A stretch of 64,000 nt of DNA from Desulfobacterales bacterium (GCA_963674755.2 CAXXVS010000003.1:1312001-1376000), one strand, 5' to 3'; counted from the stretch's first letter, positions 31,726 to 42,570 are shown. Numbers and translations are program-made. Notes: generated by a model from the letters alone, not told the origin.

Positions 31726-34512
31726 TCAACGCATGCCCAACTTGTTCATGCGGTTGTACAAGCTGGTGCGTTTCATGCCCAATAAGGCGGCGGCGCCGTC
31801 ATTGCCGGCGATTTTGCCGTTTGTCTGATCGAGTACAAAAGCAATATATCTCCGCTGCAGTTCTTCCATGCTGGGCAGGTCGTCGAAAGGATGGTTGTCA
31901 CCCCTCGTCGCTTTTTCAGCGTTGGGCAGGCTAATGGCCAGGGTATCGTCGGGGGACAGCAGCACGGAGCGTTCGATGATGTTCTCCAGTTCACGGACGT
32001 TGCCCGGCCAATGATAGCATTGCAATTGTCTTTCGGTTTCCGGGGAGAGGCCCAAAGCCGGGCGATTGTACTTACCGCAGAATCGTTCGACGAAGTGGCG
32101 TGCCAGCCGAAGAATATCATGGCCCCGTTTGCGCAGGGGCGGCAGCGTGATGGGGATCACGTTCAATCGATAATAAAGATCCTCCCGGAATCGCCCGGCG
32201 TTGACTTCACGGGCCAAATCGCGGTTGGTGGCCACGATGAGGCGAAAATTGGACGACAGGGTCCGGGTACCGCCGACGCGGACCATGGCCTTTTCCTGAA
32301 GGGCCCGCAGCAGCTTGACCTGGATCGTCAAGGGGATTTCGCCGACTTCATCGATGAACAGGGATCCATTGTGCGCCAGTTCAAGCCGCCCCGCTCTTTG
32401 GCGATCAGCGCCGGTAAAAGCCCCCTTTTCGTGGCCGAACAGCTCGCTTTCCACCAGGGTTTCCGGGATAGCCGTGGGATCGACGACCACCAAGGGATGT
32501 TCCCGGCGGAGGCTGCCGGCATGAATCCGCCGGGCCAGCAGTTCCTTTCCAACGCCAGTTTCTCCGAGAATCAGGATAGTACTGTCTGTCGCGGCGATGC
32601 GATCCACCTGATCCAGGAGGGATAGCATCACCGGGCTCCGGGCGATAATCTGCTTTTCGTCGACCTGGCCCATGCGACTGAGGCGCACCGTTGTTTTCTG
32701 TTCCATCCTTCGGGTGAAGCGCAGCATGTGGGCGATGTACTGGGATAAGGATTGCGCCATGCGCACCAGTTGGGCCGGTGCGAACTGATCGAAGCAATCG
32801 TCGACATAGGCATTGTCGTGGTAAAGCACGCCGCGCACCGTATCGTTTACCATGACGGGCACCGCCATCATGGCGCGGATCTGGCTCGGTAGGGAGGTCC
32901 CCATCGCTGAAGGCCGCACCACATGGGAGCAGTTGTCGCGGAAGGCCTTGAAAATCAGCGAGAGGCTGGTGCGGAATTCTTCCGTTGTCACATCCGATTG
33001 AAAAAGGTTGCAGGCCGCCCGCAATTTTGGGCCGCGATTCCGGGCTTTTTCTTCAAACCAGAAGATTCCGCCCCGCTCGGCACCAAAAAAGCGATTGGTC
33101 GCCCTTACCATGCGCTCCAGAAGTTCGTCCGGATCGTCACTCGGCACCAGATCCTGAATCATGGCGCTGAACATTTCCACCAATTCGGCACGCGCAACCG
33201 CGTCGGGCTTCCCGTCAAAGGCCCTGTCCAGCAGGCGCCGCAGGTCGTCCGGATAAAACACATCGCCGTAACCCGAAAACCCCTTCCAGGCCTGTTGGGC
33301 CAGGCGGCGGCCGACCGTCAGGTGCCCCTGGCCAATCTTCAGGCGGGCCATGGCGATGCGCGTTTTGCCCAATTGCACCGGATCACCCGATCGGGACAGC
33401 AGGGTTTCACTCCGCTGCAGGTCGGCTTCAACGGTATCCGGCGGAGCCGTCCCATGGGCCAGCGCATCCAGCGCCCGGAGCCGCAAAGCGACGCCTTGCA
33501 GATGGATGTTCGGTTCGGCCATCAACCGGCGGCATTCGCCTTTGAACGTAAAATGAGGAAGCTGGGGCAGTCCATTACTGTGGTATTCGTAGAGGAGTTC
33601 AAGCACGAACGGCGATGCGTATTGACGGACTAGCCCGGCCGAAGCGCCATCTTTGACGGCCCGGTCCATCCACTTGTGGGATTCCTCCAGCCGCCCTTCC
33701 ATCATATGGTGGAACGCCAGTCCACCCTTGGCGAAATAGCTGGCCAGATAATTCTGGGTCTGGATGCTTTCCTGCAGCGCACCGGACAAATGGTAGCCGG
33801 CTTCCTTCGTCTTCTTTATTCTGACCAGGAAGATGCCCAGTACGGCTCTTAGGGTGGCAGCCAGGCTATGATCCTGTCGTTCCATGGCCAGACGGCGGTA
33901 GTAATCCAGTGTGCCGATCGCTTTGTGGTACTGGCCTAGAAAAGCGGCGCAGTAGCACAACCACATGGCACCGGAATGGCCGTGTTCGCCGGACTCGAAT
34001 TTTTTGGCCGCCTGTTCGAAGTAGGACATGGCTTCCGAAAAGCGCCCTTGGATGAAAAAATACAGACCGATCAACTCCGAGGCGTTGGTCAGGATGTCCT
34101 CATCACCGAGGGCTTCGACTTCCTTCTTGCCCTGCTCGAAGCTATCCAATGCCAGGGGACGCTGCTCACCGAAATAGTAGACCCTTCCCAGATGCAGCTT
34201 GATCATGGCGGCCGAGCGGCGGTCGCCGATACGGTCGGCGGAATCGAGCGCCTTTTTCAGGAACAGGCCAAGCTCGCCAAACCCCTTGCCCACCACAAAG
34301 CAGGCGCGGGCATATTCGATACTGGCATTGACAAACTGCACATCGCGCTCCGGCGATGCCGGCTGTTTCTCCAAATTGGGGAGAAGGCTGTTTAGATGGT
34401 CCCAGGCGGCCTCGAAAGCGCCTCTGCCGGTTGCATCTCCTATAGGTCTTACTTCCCGGTGCGAAGAAAGGTTCTCGGATAGCATGCGATCAGAAGGCAT
34501 GGTGCGTTTCAT
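31726..34512 (-). CDS. sigma54-dependent enhancer-binding protein (TPR-like, GAF, AAA+, Fis HTH)
   Basis: [39 protein letters not shown]-terminal HTH. Confidence 0.93.
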   Translation of the reverse strand: MKRTMPSDRMLSENLSSHREVRPIGDATGRGAFEAAWDHLNSLLPNLEKQPASPERDVQFVNASIEYARACFVVGKGFGELGLFLKKALDSADRIGDRRSAAMIKLHLGRVYYFGEQRPLALDSFEQGKKEVEALGDEDILTNASELIGLYFFIQGRFSEAMSYFEQAAKKFESGEHGHSGAMWLCYCAAFLGQYHKAIGTLDYYRRLAMERQDHSLAATLRAVLGIFLVRIKKTKEAGYHLSGALQESIQTQNYLASYFAKGGLAFHHMMEGRLEESHKWMDRAVKDGASAGLVRQYASPFVLELLYEYHSNGLPQLPHFTFKGECRRLMAEPNIHLQGVALRLRALDALAHGTAPPDTVEADLQRSETLLSRSGDPVQLGKTRIAMARLKIGQGHLTVGRRLAQQAWKGFSGYGDVFYPDDLRRLLDRAFDGKPDAVARAELVEMFSAMIQDLVPSDDPDELLERMVRATNRFFGAERGGIFWFEEKARNRGPKLRAACNLFQSDVTTEEFRTSLSLIFKAFRDNCSHVVRPSAMGTSLPSQIRAMMAVPVMVNDTVRGVLYHDNAYVDDCFDQFAPAQLVRMAQSLSQYIAHMLRFTRRMEQKTTVRLSRMGQVDEKQIIARSPVMLSLLDQVDRIAATDSTILILGETGVGKELLARRIHAGSLRREHPLVVVDPTAIPETLVESELFGHEKGAFTGADRQRAGRLELAHNGSLFIDEVGEIPLTIQVKLLRALQEKAMVRVGGTRTLSSNFRLIVATNRDLAREVNAGRFREDLYYRLNVIPITLPPLRKRGHDILRLARHFVERFCGKYNRPALGLSPETERQLQCYHWPGNVRELENIIERSVLLSPDDTLAISLPNAEKATRGDNHPFDDLPSMEELQRRYIAFVLDQTNGKIAGNDGAAALLGMKRTSLYNRMNKLGMR

Positions 34513-34622
34513 CCTTTACACGTGGCGAATTTCCCTATCTTGCCGGAAGGTTATCCAAGGTGTCGGAATCCCGGCGGTCCAATCGCATTTAGGCATTAAT
34601 CCCGCCGATTCGTCAAGGGAAA

Positions 34623-34660
34623 TGTCCGTATTTGGACATTTATTTGTCCGAATACGGACA
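34623..34660. promoter_or_regulatory. Tandem upstream activator sequences TGTCC-N6-GGACA
   Basis: TGTCCGTATTTGGACA (34623-34638) and TGTCCGAATACGGACA (34645-34660), offset by 22 bp. Confidence 0.8.
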
Positions 34661-34720
34661 CACTTAAACGGGTTATTTTATAATATGATTTATTTCAGTA
34701 TGTTATAAATATTTTTGATC

Positions 34721-34736
34721 TGGCATGTCGATTGCT
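34721..34736 (+). promoter_or_regulatory. sigma54 -24/-12 promoter
   Basis: TGGCATG-TCGA-TTGCT, preceded by an AT-rich IHF-like tract. Confidence 0.85.
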
Positions 34737-34940
34737 CAATGTCACTGCAATAATCAAATGTCATTCATCTTCTGCATTTTAATACGGTTTATAGGGTTTG
34801 TTTGAATGGATCAAAGGACGCGTAGCGGTACAATTGTCCGGCCGGAACAATGCCGGATCGCTTGGTCCCATTACAGCCGCACCGCACGGCCGCGCATGGC
34901 TTAACTTCATCAACACCTAACGATGGAAAGGAACGCAACA

Positions 34941-35336
34941 ATGCCAGCCTTTAAAGACACCCCGCAGATGTATGAAATGTTGAGCGATCTATGGACCTAC
35001 GTCATCAAAGAAACCGACTTCGGGCCGAAACTCAAAGAGTACGACATCACCTATAAATTCGTTATCAAGGATCCCAACGGATATCTGTTTGTGGCCCACG
35101 ATCAAGTGCTTACGGGGGATGAAGCCAACCAGGATGCCGTGATCACCATGGAACTCTCCGGGGATACCATCCACAGCTTCTGGCTCGGCAAGATCAAGCT
35201 GCCGGTCGCGCTGGCCACGCGTAAAATCAAATCCAAAGGTCCGATTCCCAAAGTCCTCAAAATTCTCCCCTTCCTCAAACCGGTGTATGAACTTTACCCG
35301 CAGTACTGCGAGAAATACGGTTTGGCTGTGGATTGA
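34941..35336 (+). CDS. SCP2 sterol/lipid-binding domain protein
   Basis: About 130 aa; MELSGDTIHSFWLGKI..ALATRKIKSKGP..KVLKILP. Alternative start at 34923. Confidence 0.75.
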   Translation: MPAFKDTPQMYEMLSDLWTYVIKETDFGPKLKEYDITYKFVIKDPNGYLFVAHDQVLTGDEANQDAVITMELSGDTIHSFWLGKIKLPVALATRKIKSKGPIPKVLKILPFLKPVYELYPQYCEKYGLAVD

Positions 35337-35379
35337 CGTTTGAAGAAGACATCCGACACGCCGCCATGAGGAGGGAAAA

Positions 35380-36984
35380 ATGGCTGACGCAATCGTGCCC
35401 GGCATCTTCTCTTTCGAACTCGATGCCAAAGCAGAAAACAATCCAACGACCGAAATCGTCACCTTCGAAAACGGGTCCCACCCCGATGAAGTGCTCACCT
35501 ACGCGCAACTCGTCATCAAGGGCCGCAAGCTGGCGCATCAGCTGCTGTCGCACAATTTTACCAGGGGCGACGTGCTGGCGCTTGTCATGCGCAACCATCC
35601 CGAATTTATGATCGCCCTTTATGCGGCCAACAGCATAGGCGCTGTTTTACTGCCCATCGACCCTCGCACCAAAGGCGACCGGCTGCAATATGTACTCAAA
35701 GATTCCGCCGCCAAGGGCATTATCTTCACCAGCGAATTCTTACCGAACGTTGCGGCGCAGTTGCCGCAGCTGCCGGAATTGAAGGTCATCGGGGTGGCCT
35801 GCAAGGACGGCATGGATCATACCGTGTCCGGCTATCCCGACCTGCGTGAAATATGGGATAGGGCTGAAGCGCCTCCTCCGGACGTGCGCTGCGAGGATCC
35901 CGCCGCTCCCATGGAAATCATCTACACTTCCGGGACCACGGGCGACCCCAAGGGGGTGGTTCTCAAAAACGCCCGTCTGGCACCTTTCGGTCAATTGGCA
36001 CGTGGTGTTTTTCAGTACCGTCCGGACGATAAGCTTTACACCGGCCTCTCCCTGAGTCACGGCAATGCCCAGGCCGTCACGATGGTGCCGTCGCTTTTTC
36101 TGGGTATCCCGTCCGTCTTCAGCCGCAGCTTTACCAAAAGCCGCATCTGGGACGTCTGCCGCCATTATGGTTGCACGACCTTTTCCCTGCTGGGGGGCAT
36201 GATGATGGGCATCTACAGCGAGACGGAAAGACCGGAAGATTATGACAACCCCGTGCGCCTGGTCATCAGCGCCGGCACACCCCTGGCCATCTGGGAGGCT
36301 TTCGAGAAGCGCTTCGGCGTGCTCATTCACGAATGGTACGGCGCGGTGGAAGGCGGTTTCGCCCACAAGCCGCCGGGCATAGGTCCCATCGGATCCTTCG
36401 GCAAACCGCTGGACGGCCTTTTGGAGATGAAGGTCGTCCGCGAAGACGATTCCGAGTGCGCGCCCTTTGAAACCGGAGAGATCATCTGTCAGGTCAAGGG
36501 ACAGAAAACGGAAGTCAATTACATGGGCAAGCAAGAAGCCTCGGAAAAGAAAACCCGCGGCGGCTGGCTGCGCACCGGCGACATGGGGCACACCGATGAA
36601 AACGGCTGGTTCTTCTTTGATTTCCGAAAAGGGGGTGGCCTTCGCCGGGCCGGCGATTTCATCCAGCCTGACTACATCGAGGCGGCTCTGGCGGAAAATC
36701 CGGTCATTGCCGAAGTGTGTGTCTACGGGGTGCCGGCGGCATCCGGAGCGCCGGGCGAAAGCGACATCGTGGCGGCCGTTGTGGCGGCCCAGGGCCAGAC
36801 CATCGACGCCGGAGCGCTCTTCCAATACTGTCGGCAGCGTCTCGAAGGCAATGCCGTCCCATCCTATCTGCAAATCGTCCCGGAAATTCCCAAGACGGCT
36901 TCCGAAAAGAATCTGGACCGGCTGTTGAAAGACGAATTCGGAAAAGAGGCCGGCAATGTCGTTGCGCTGTCGGATTACGCCTGA
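35380..36984 (+). CDS. Acyl-CoA ligase (CaiC-like AMP-binding enzyme)
   Basis: YTSGTTGDPKG, WYGAVE, GWLRTGD, PKTASEK. Confidence 0.9.
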   Translation: MADAIVPGIFSFELDAKAENNPTTEIVTFENGSHPDEVLTYAQLVIKGRKLAHQLLSHNFTRGDVLALVMRNHPEFMIALYAANSIGAVLLPIDPRTKGDRLQYVLKDSAAKGIIFTSEFLPNVAAQLPQLPELKVIGVACKDGMDHTVSGYPDLREIWDRAEAPPPDVRCEDPAAPMEIIYTSGTTGDPKGVVLKNARLAPFGQLARGVFQYRPDDKLYTGLSLSHGNAQAVTMVPSLFLGIPSVFSRSFTKSRIWDVCRHYGCTTFSLLGGMMMGIYSETERPEDYDNPVRLVISAGTPLAIWEAFEKRFGVLIHEWYGAVEGGFAHKPPGIGPIGSFGKPLDGLLEMKVVREDDSECAPFETGEIICQVKGQKTEVNYMGKQEASEKKTRGGWLRTGDMGHTDENGWFFFDFRKGGGLRRAGDFIQPDYIEAALAENPVIAEVCVYGVPAASGAPGESDIVAAVVAAQGQTIDAGALFQYCRQRLEGNAVPSYLQIVPEIPKTASEKNLDRLLKDEFGKEAGNVVALSDYA

Positions 36985-37023
36985 CAACGGGACGCCCACG
37001 CAACTGAAAGGAGAATAGCGTCA

Positions 37024-37824
37024 ATGAAACGATATGTGGAAGACCTTGATTTCCAGGGCGAAGAACGCATCAGCGATTGGACGCCCTGGTCCCCTCAGGA
37101 TATCCGACGCAAAAAAGGCGTTCTCGAAGCCGCCCGCCTGATGGTGAACGCCGCCCTGACGGCGCCTGCTGCCGGGGGCGTGCCCCAGGTCGAGGCGGAT
37201 ATCGTCTACGGACAGGAAGAAATCGAAGCCGTCGCCCGCAAGGTGGAAGAGATCGCCCATACCAACCCGGCCTGGAAAGAGCCCTTTCTCTACGAGGCCG
37301 TCATGGCCCGCGATTCGGACGTCCTGATCTTCCTGGGGAATACGCGCTGCCACGAAACGCCCCTCGACGCCGGATGCGGTATGTGCGGCGGCGGACTCGA
37401 CTGCTCCTATTTCTATGAAAAGGTCGAGCAGCGCTGCGGCCTGGTCGATATCACCGACCGCACCTCGCAAACCATGATCAAAGGCCCTCTGTGCACGGCC
37501 CGGGTGGACGACCTGGGTTATGCCGTGGGCAGCGCCCTGTGGATGGCCCATTCTCTTCTGGTGGACGCCCGCCCCTTTGCCAGCATGGGTATGGCGGCCC
37601 AGAAGCTGGGCTATTGTTCCAATTCAGGTCTGGTCGTGGCGGTACCGGTGGCCGCCAAGCCTAAAAATCCCTATGTGGATATCAACGTGGACTACCACCT
37701 GATCAACATGGACAAAGCGCTGGACAACACCCGCAAGATATTTCAAACCGCCCGATTGCTGCGGGGATTCGACTACCGCAAGTGGATTCCCAAACCCTCG
37801 GCGGAGAAAGAGGAGGAAGCCTAA
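37024..37824 (+). CDS. DUF2148-family Fe-S protein, paralog 1
   Basis: AALTAP, CGMCGGGLDC, GPLC...DLGYAVGSA...VDAR, KNPYVD. Confidence 0.75.
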   Translation: MKRYVEDLDFQGEERISDWTPWSPQDIRRKKGVLEAARLMVNAALTAPAAGGVPQVEADIVYGQEEIEAVARKVEEIAHTNPAWKEPFLYEAVMARDSDVLIFLGNTRCHETPLDAGCGMCGGGLDCSYFYEKVEQRCGLVDITDRTSQTMIKGPLCTARVDDLGYAVGSALWMAHSLLVDARPFASMGMAAQKLGYCSNSGLVVAVPVAAKPKNPYVDINVDYHLINMDKALDNTRKIFQTARLLRGFDYRKWIPKPSAEKEEEA

Positions 37825-38660
37825 TGGGACATCTCATCGGAAAGGACTACCTCCAGGAGCATGTGCTGGAGGTGGCGAAGAATATCGTTTTAGCCATCCA
37901 CAAGGCACCCCAGATCACCGGCAAGACGCAGATCGAGGCCGAAATCCTGTGGGGTGAAGACCTGGTGCCCATTATCGAGATCCTCGAACCGATCGCCAAG
38001 GCGGTGCGCTATGTGCAGTGGGATTATCAGACCCTCAAGGGGTGCCTGGACAAGGGCGAATCGCCGTTCATCGTCGCTATTGGCGCCAAAGTGGACCGCT
38101 CCAACCTGGGCTGGGACTGCGGTGCCTGCGGACAGCCCACCTGCAAGGATTTTAATGCGTACGCCAAAGACCTGGGCGGCGGCGGACAACTCGGCGGACC
38201 GTGCTGCAACTGGAAAATTCTGGATTACGCCATTGCCTGCGACTGGGCCTGTGCCGCCGCCTGGCAAAATCGCGTCGACAACCGCATCATGGGGTCGGTG
38301 GGATTTGCCCTGCAGGCCTTCAACTACCTGCCCAACTCCTCGGTCAAACTCGGGCTGGCACTGGGTCCGCCGCGGGATATGGTCTACTACAGCCGCGAGG
38401 AGATGCACCGGCATATCACCTATGAAGAAGAAAAACAGGATATGCTTCACACGGTCCCCACCATGTTTACGACGTTTCCCGGTCCCGGGGATCCCATGTA
38501 CAAAACCAAAAACGACTGGTGGGCTCCACCGGAATATTTGAACGTGGATTACTCCGAGGCCAAAATGGACGGTCTGAATACCGTATTGTACGAACAGGTG
38601 CCCGAGATCGTCGTCAAGCACGCCGATGCCGTGGCTGCCCGCTATACAAAAAAATCCTAG
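37824..38660 (+). CDS. DUF2148-family Fe-S protein, paralog 2
   Basis: AIHKAP, CGACGQPTC, GPCC...DYAIA...VDNRIMGSVG; TAATG coupling to paralog 1. Confidence 0.75.
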   Translation: MGHLIGKDYLQEHVLEVAKNIVLAIHKAPQITGKTQIEAEILWGEDLVPIIEILEPIAKAVRYVQWDYQTLKGCLDKGESPFIVAIGAKVDRSNLGWDCGACGQPTCKDFNAYAKDLGGGGQLGGPCCNWKILDYAIACDWACAAAWQNRVDNRIMGSVGFALQAFNYLPNSSVKLGLALGPPRDMVYYSREEMHRHITYEEEKQDMLHTVPTMFTTFPGPGDPMYKTKNDWWAPPEYLNVDYSEAKMDGLNTVLYEQVPEIVVKHADAVAARYTKKS

Positions 38661-38676
38661 CGATGGGGAGGGAGTG

Positions 38677-39921
38677 ATGAGTTATCTTGATTTGAACCTG
38701 AATCTTTCCAAAGAAGACCGAATGCTCAAACAGGCCGCCCACGAGTTCGCCCGGGATGTCATGCGGCCCGTAGCTGCGGAAATGGACAAGATGACCGCGG
38801 AAGAAGCCGTAGCGCCGGGCTCGCCCTTCTGGGACTTCAAGAAGAAGGCCTACGAGCTGGAATTGCATACCATCCTGATCCCCGATGCCTATGGCGGTCA
38901 GGGCCTGAGTCCCCTGCAACTCCATCTTGTCCTCGAAGAGCTGGCCTGGGGCAGCGTCGGGCTTACGGTGGACCTGGTGATTGCCTCTTTCCCGGCCTAT
39001 CTTGCCTCCATGGTGCCGGAAGAAGAGATCGTCGAAGAGATCATCGTGCCCTTTTGTGAGTGCCGCAACGGTAAGATCGCCGGATGCTGGGCCATCACCG
39101 AACCCATGCACGGTTCGGATACCCTGCTGCCCGGATACCCGAGTTTCCGTGATTCGGCCATTCCGGCCGACTGCACGGCCACCCTGGATGGCGACCATTA
39201 CGTGATCAACGGCCAGAAAGCGGCCTGGGTTTCCGGTGCCCCTTACGCTTCCCACGCCGCGCTGTTCTGTCAGGCCGATCCTGCCATGGGGCATGCCGGC
39301 GGCATCATTATTGTGGCGCCGCTGGATTTGCCAGGCGTCAAAAGAGGGGCTCCTCTGGAAAAAATGGGACAGCGCGATGACCCCCAGGGCGAGATCTTTT
39401 TCGACAACGTCCGGGTGCCGGCCAAATACCTCATCGCCGGTCCGGAAGCCTATGAAGCTATGCTGGAGATCGTGTTGTCGGCGACCACCGTCATGATGGG
39501 CATCCTGGCTACCGGCATCGGCCGGGCCGCGTTTGAAGAGGCCCTGGCCTATGCCAAAAAGCGGGTGCAGTGCGGCAAAGCCCTGGTGGAGCATCAGGAT
39601 GTCCAGAAGAAGCTCTATGATATGTTCGGTAAAGTAGAGATCTGCCGCCAGATAACCCGCAGCGTGCTGGCCTACAACCAGAATACCTCCACTCCGGCGG
39701 AAGAGTATTCGGTGCTCGGCAAAGTGTTTGCCTGCCAGTATGCCCTGGATGTCACCAATGAGGCGATTCAGATCTTCGGCGGCAACGGATTGAGCCGTGA
39801 GTACATTGTCGAAAAACTCTTCCGGGATGCACGCTCCATGCTGATCGAGGACGGCTCGAACGATGTGCTGGCCATTGCCGGGGGACATAAGGTGGTCCAG
39901 ACCTATCCGCGGCGTGATTGA
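38677..39921 (+). CDS. Acyl-CoA dehydrogenase
   Basis: AITEPMHGSD, INGQKAWVS, KMGQR, FDNVRVP, QIFGGNG, FRDAR. Confidence 0.92.
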   Translation: MSYLDLNLNLSKEDRMLKQAAHEFARDVMRPVAAEMDKMTAEEAVAPGSPFWDFKKKAYELELHTILIPDAYGGQGLSPLQLHLVLEELAWGSVGLTVDLVIASFPAYLASMVPEEEIVEEIIVPFCECRNGKIAGCWAITEPMHGSDTLLPGYPSFRDSAIPADCTATLDGDHYVINGQKAAWVSGAPYASHAALFCQADPAMGHAGGIIIVAPLDLPGVKRGAPLEKMGQRDDPQGEIFFDNVRVPAKYLIAGPEAYEAMLEIVLSATTVMMGILATGIGRAAFEEALAYAKKRVQCGKALVEHQDVQKKLYDMFGKVEICRQITRSVLAYNQNTSTPAEEYSVLGKVFACQYALDVTNEAIQIFGGNGLSREYIVEKLFRDARSMLIEDGSNDVLAIAGGHKVVQTYPRRD

Positions 39922-40011
39922 TGAATTGGGTCGATATGGCGGGCCATCGGCCGTCTTGCCTGATAGGACGGCCGATCCGCTGATGCATTCCTTCCATACA
40001 GGGGGATTTCT

Positions 40012-41250
40012 ATGAACAACGTCTATATCATCGGCCTCGGTATGATCCGCTTCGGCAAGTACCCGGATCGGGGCGTGCGGGACATGGCCCACGAGGCGAT
40101 TCGGCTGGCCCTCGAAGATGCCGCCCTGGACCGCAAAGACCTTCAGGCGGCTTACTTTGCCAATACCTTCTGGGGCATGTTCGACAACCAGCACTCCATC
40201 AAGGGCCAGGTCGTGCTGCGTTCCATGGGAGTCGACCGGATTCCGGTGACCAATGTGGAAAATGCCTGCGCCGGTGCTTCGACGGCACTGCACCTGGCCT
40301 ACACCGGCATTCGGGCCGGTATGGTCGATGTGGCCCTGGCCGTCGGTTCGGAAAAGATCACCTCGCCGGACAAGGCCAAGTCCCTGGGCGCCTATGCCGC
40401 TTGTATGGATGTGGCCGGCTTCGAGGCGCACATCGCAAAGCTGACCGCCCTCAGCCAATCCTTCAACCTGGAGATTCCGGAAGAAAACACTCCCCCGGGG
40501 GCCGGCCGCAGCATCTTCATGGACGCCTACGCCACCTTCGCCCGCTGGCACATGAGCAGGTTCGGTTCCACCCAACAGCAGCTCGCGCGCATCGCTGCCA
40601 AAAATCACTGGCACGGTTCACTGAACCCCAAAGCCCAGTACCAGCAGGACATGACCATGGAGGCGGTGCTCAACGACGTTCCGGTCACCTATCCCCTGAC
40701 ACGCGCCATGTGCGCCCCAGTGGGCGACGGTGCGGCGGCAGCCATCGTCTGTTCCGAGGCCTTTCTTAAAAAGCTGACCGCGGCCCGGCCGGTGGAAATT
40801 CTGGCCTCGGTGCACGGATCGGGCTGCGACCGCGATATGGATGGCGAAGACATCGGCGAACGGCTTGCCAATCAGGCCTACGCCATGGCCGGTGTGGGCC
40901 CCAAGGACATCAGCCTGGCCGAACTGCACGACGCTACGGCTTACGGCGAACTGCACCAGGTGGAAGCCATGGGGTTTTGTCCGGTGGGCGAAGGAGGGCT
41001 ATGGGCCGAATCAGGCGCCACCCAGCTTGGCGGGCAACAGCCTGTGAATACCAGCGGCGGGCTGGAATGCCGCGGCCATCCCATCGGTGCTTCGGGTCTG
41101 GCCCAGATTTTCGAGCTGGGAACGCAGCTGCGCGGTGAGGCCGGCAAACGCCAGGTCGAGGGGGCCCGCATCGGGCTGGCGGAGAACGGCGGCGGCAATA
41201 TCGGCGTGGAGGAGGCGGCCATGTGCATCCATATCCTGGGAAAAGTGTAG
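40012..41250 (+). CDS. Thiolase family protein (SCP-x type)
   Basis: VENACAGAS, ELHDA, GHPIGASG, ENGGG. Confidence 0.9.
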   Translation: MNNVYIIGLGMIRFGKYPDRGVRDMAHEAIRLALEDAALDRKDLQAAYFANTFWGMFDNQHSIKGQVVLRSMGVDRIPVTNVENACAGASTALHLAYTGIRAGMVDVALAVGSEKITSPDKAKSLGAYAACMDVAGFEAHIAKLTALSQSFNLEIPEENTPPGAGRSIFMDAYATFARWHMSRFGSTQQQLARIAAKNHWHGSLNPKAQYQQDMTMEAVLNDVPVTYPLTRAMCAPVGDGAAAAIVCSEAFLKKLTAARPVEILASVHGSGCDRDMDGEDIGERLANQAYAMAGVGPKDISLAELHDATAYGELHQVEAMGFCPVGEGGLWAESGATQLGGQQPVNTSGGLECRGHPIGASGLAQIFELGTQLRGEAGKRQVEGARIGLAENGGGNIGVEEAAMCIHILGKV

Positions 41251-41262
41251 ACTGGAGGGCAA

Positions 41263-42042
41263 ATGGGTAAGCGCAAGTGCATTTTCATCACCGGGGCGGC
41301 ATCGGGTATCGGGCGGGCCACAGCGCACCTGTTTGCCCGCAAGGGCTGGTATCCCGGTATCGTTGACCTGAGTATGGAAGGGCTTCATTCGCTGGCGGAG
41401 GAGATCGGCGCCGAACACTGCTTTGTCCGGGGTGCGGATGTGACCGACCCGGATAATTATCGGCAGGCGGTGGCCGCCTTCGCGGAAGAGACCGGCGGAC
41501 AGATGGACGTCCTGTTCAACAACGCCGGCATCCTGCGGATGGGCCGCAATGAAACCATTGCCCTTAAGGAGCAGCACCGTACCGTCGATATCAACATCAA
41601 GGGCATCCTGAACGGCATCGACGCCGCTTTGCCGCTGCTAAAAAAAACGCCCGGGGCGCGCATCATTTCCATGTGCTCGACTTCTTCGGTTTATGGAATG
41701 CCGGAGCTGGCGGTTTACTCCGCCACCAAACATGCCGTTTGTGCTCTGACGGAAGCCTTCGATCTGGAACTGGAACGCTATGGCATCGGCGTGTGCGACA
41801 TCATGGCCCCCTATGTCGCCACGCCCATGGTCACGGAAGCCGTGCAGCAGGCCCACAGCGTGGCTTCCACCGGCGTCAATCTCACGGCCGAACAGATCGC
41901 GTCGCTGGTGTGGAAGGCGGCCCACGGCCATAAGCTCCATTGGAAAATTCATTATTTGACCCATGTCCTTTTTTTTGCTTTCTGGGCCCTGCCGTTTCTT
42001 AGGCGCCCGGTCGTCAAACATCTCTGTCTGTCCAAAGGTTAG
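41263..42042 (+). CDS. Short-chain dehydrogenase/reductase
   Basis: TGAASGIG, NNAG, YSATK. Confidence 0.92.
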   Translation: MGKRKCIFITGAASGIGRATAHLFARKGWYPGIVDLSMEGLHSLAEEIGAEHCFVRGADVTDPDNYRQAVAAFAEETGGQMDVLFNNAGILRMGRNETIALKEQHRTVDINIKGILNGIDAALPLLKKTPGARIISMCSTSSVYGMPELAVYSATKHAVCALTEAFDLELERYGIGVCDIMAPYVATPMVTEAVQQAHSVASTGVNLTAEQIASLVWKAAHGHKLHWKIHYLTHVLFFAFWALPFLRRPVVKHLCLSKG

Positions 42043-42140
42043 CAGCGAATGCGGCATAAGAACGCTTGACATTTTCCCCTGATTGCCGGGGGGCGCACAG
42101 GTCGTCGCCAACCATAGACATTTAAGCCAGGAGGTATTCG

Positions 42141-42570
42141 ATGCGTGTGCTGGTCACCGGGGCAGCTGGCTATATCGGTGGGAGAATGGTGGACGCTTTA
42201 TGCGCCCAAGACTGGGTCGAGGCCGTGAGCGGGACGGATATCCGCAAGCCGGGAGCAACCGGTTTCCGGCCCTACCTTTTACCAGCGCGATATTCGCGAC
42301 GACATGAGCGACCTCTTCGAGAAAGAGCGCATCGATACCGTGGTGCACACCGCCTATGTCCTACCGCCCATCCACGACAAGGTTCTCATGGAGGAGATCA
42401 ACAAGGGCGGTACCCGCAACATACTGAAATAGTCGGCCCGCGCCGGTGTCAAACAGATCTTGTACACCAGCTCCACTACGGCCTATGGGTTCTATCCGGA
42501 CAATGACCAGCCGCTAACCGAGGAAAGTTCCCTGCGGGGCAACGATGACTTCACCTATGCCAAGAATAAA
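42141..42570 (+). pseudogene. NAD-dependent epimerase/dehydratase pseudogene
   Basis: AGGAGG then MRVLVTGAAGYIG; frameshift near 42270; in-frame TAG at 42430; homology ends right after YAKNK. Confidence 0.85.

Noticed and set aside
39946..39976. 10-bp hairpin between the acyl-CoA dehydrogenase and thiolase genes as a terminator
   Set aside because: No U-tract; at most an mRNA-stabilising stem inside the operon.
38614..40614. 666-aa antisense ORF, and similar long shadows such as 44352-46541 and 35740-36999
   Set aside because: They lie opposite well-supported genes in GC-rich DNA and have no recognisable motifs.
42430..42432. In-frame TAG as possible pyrrolysine read-through
   Set aside because: The same gene is frameshifted and truncated, and no pyl genes are in the window.
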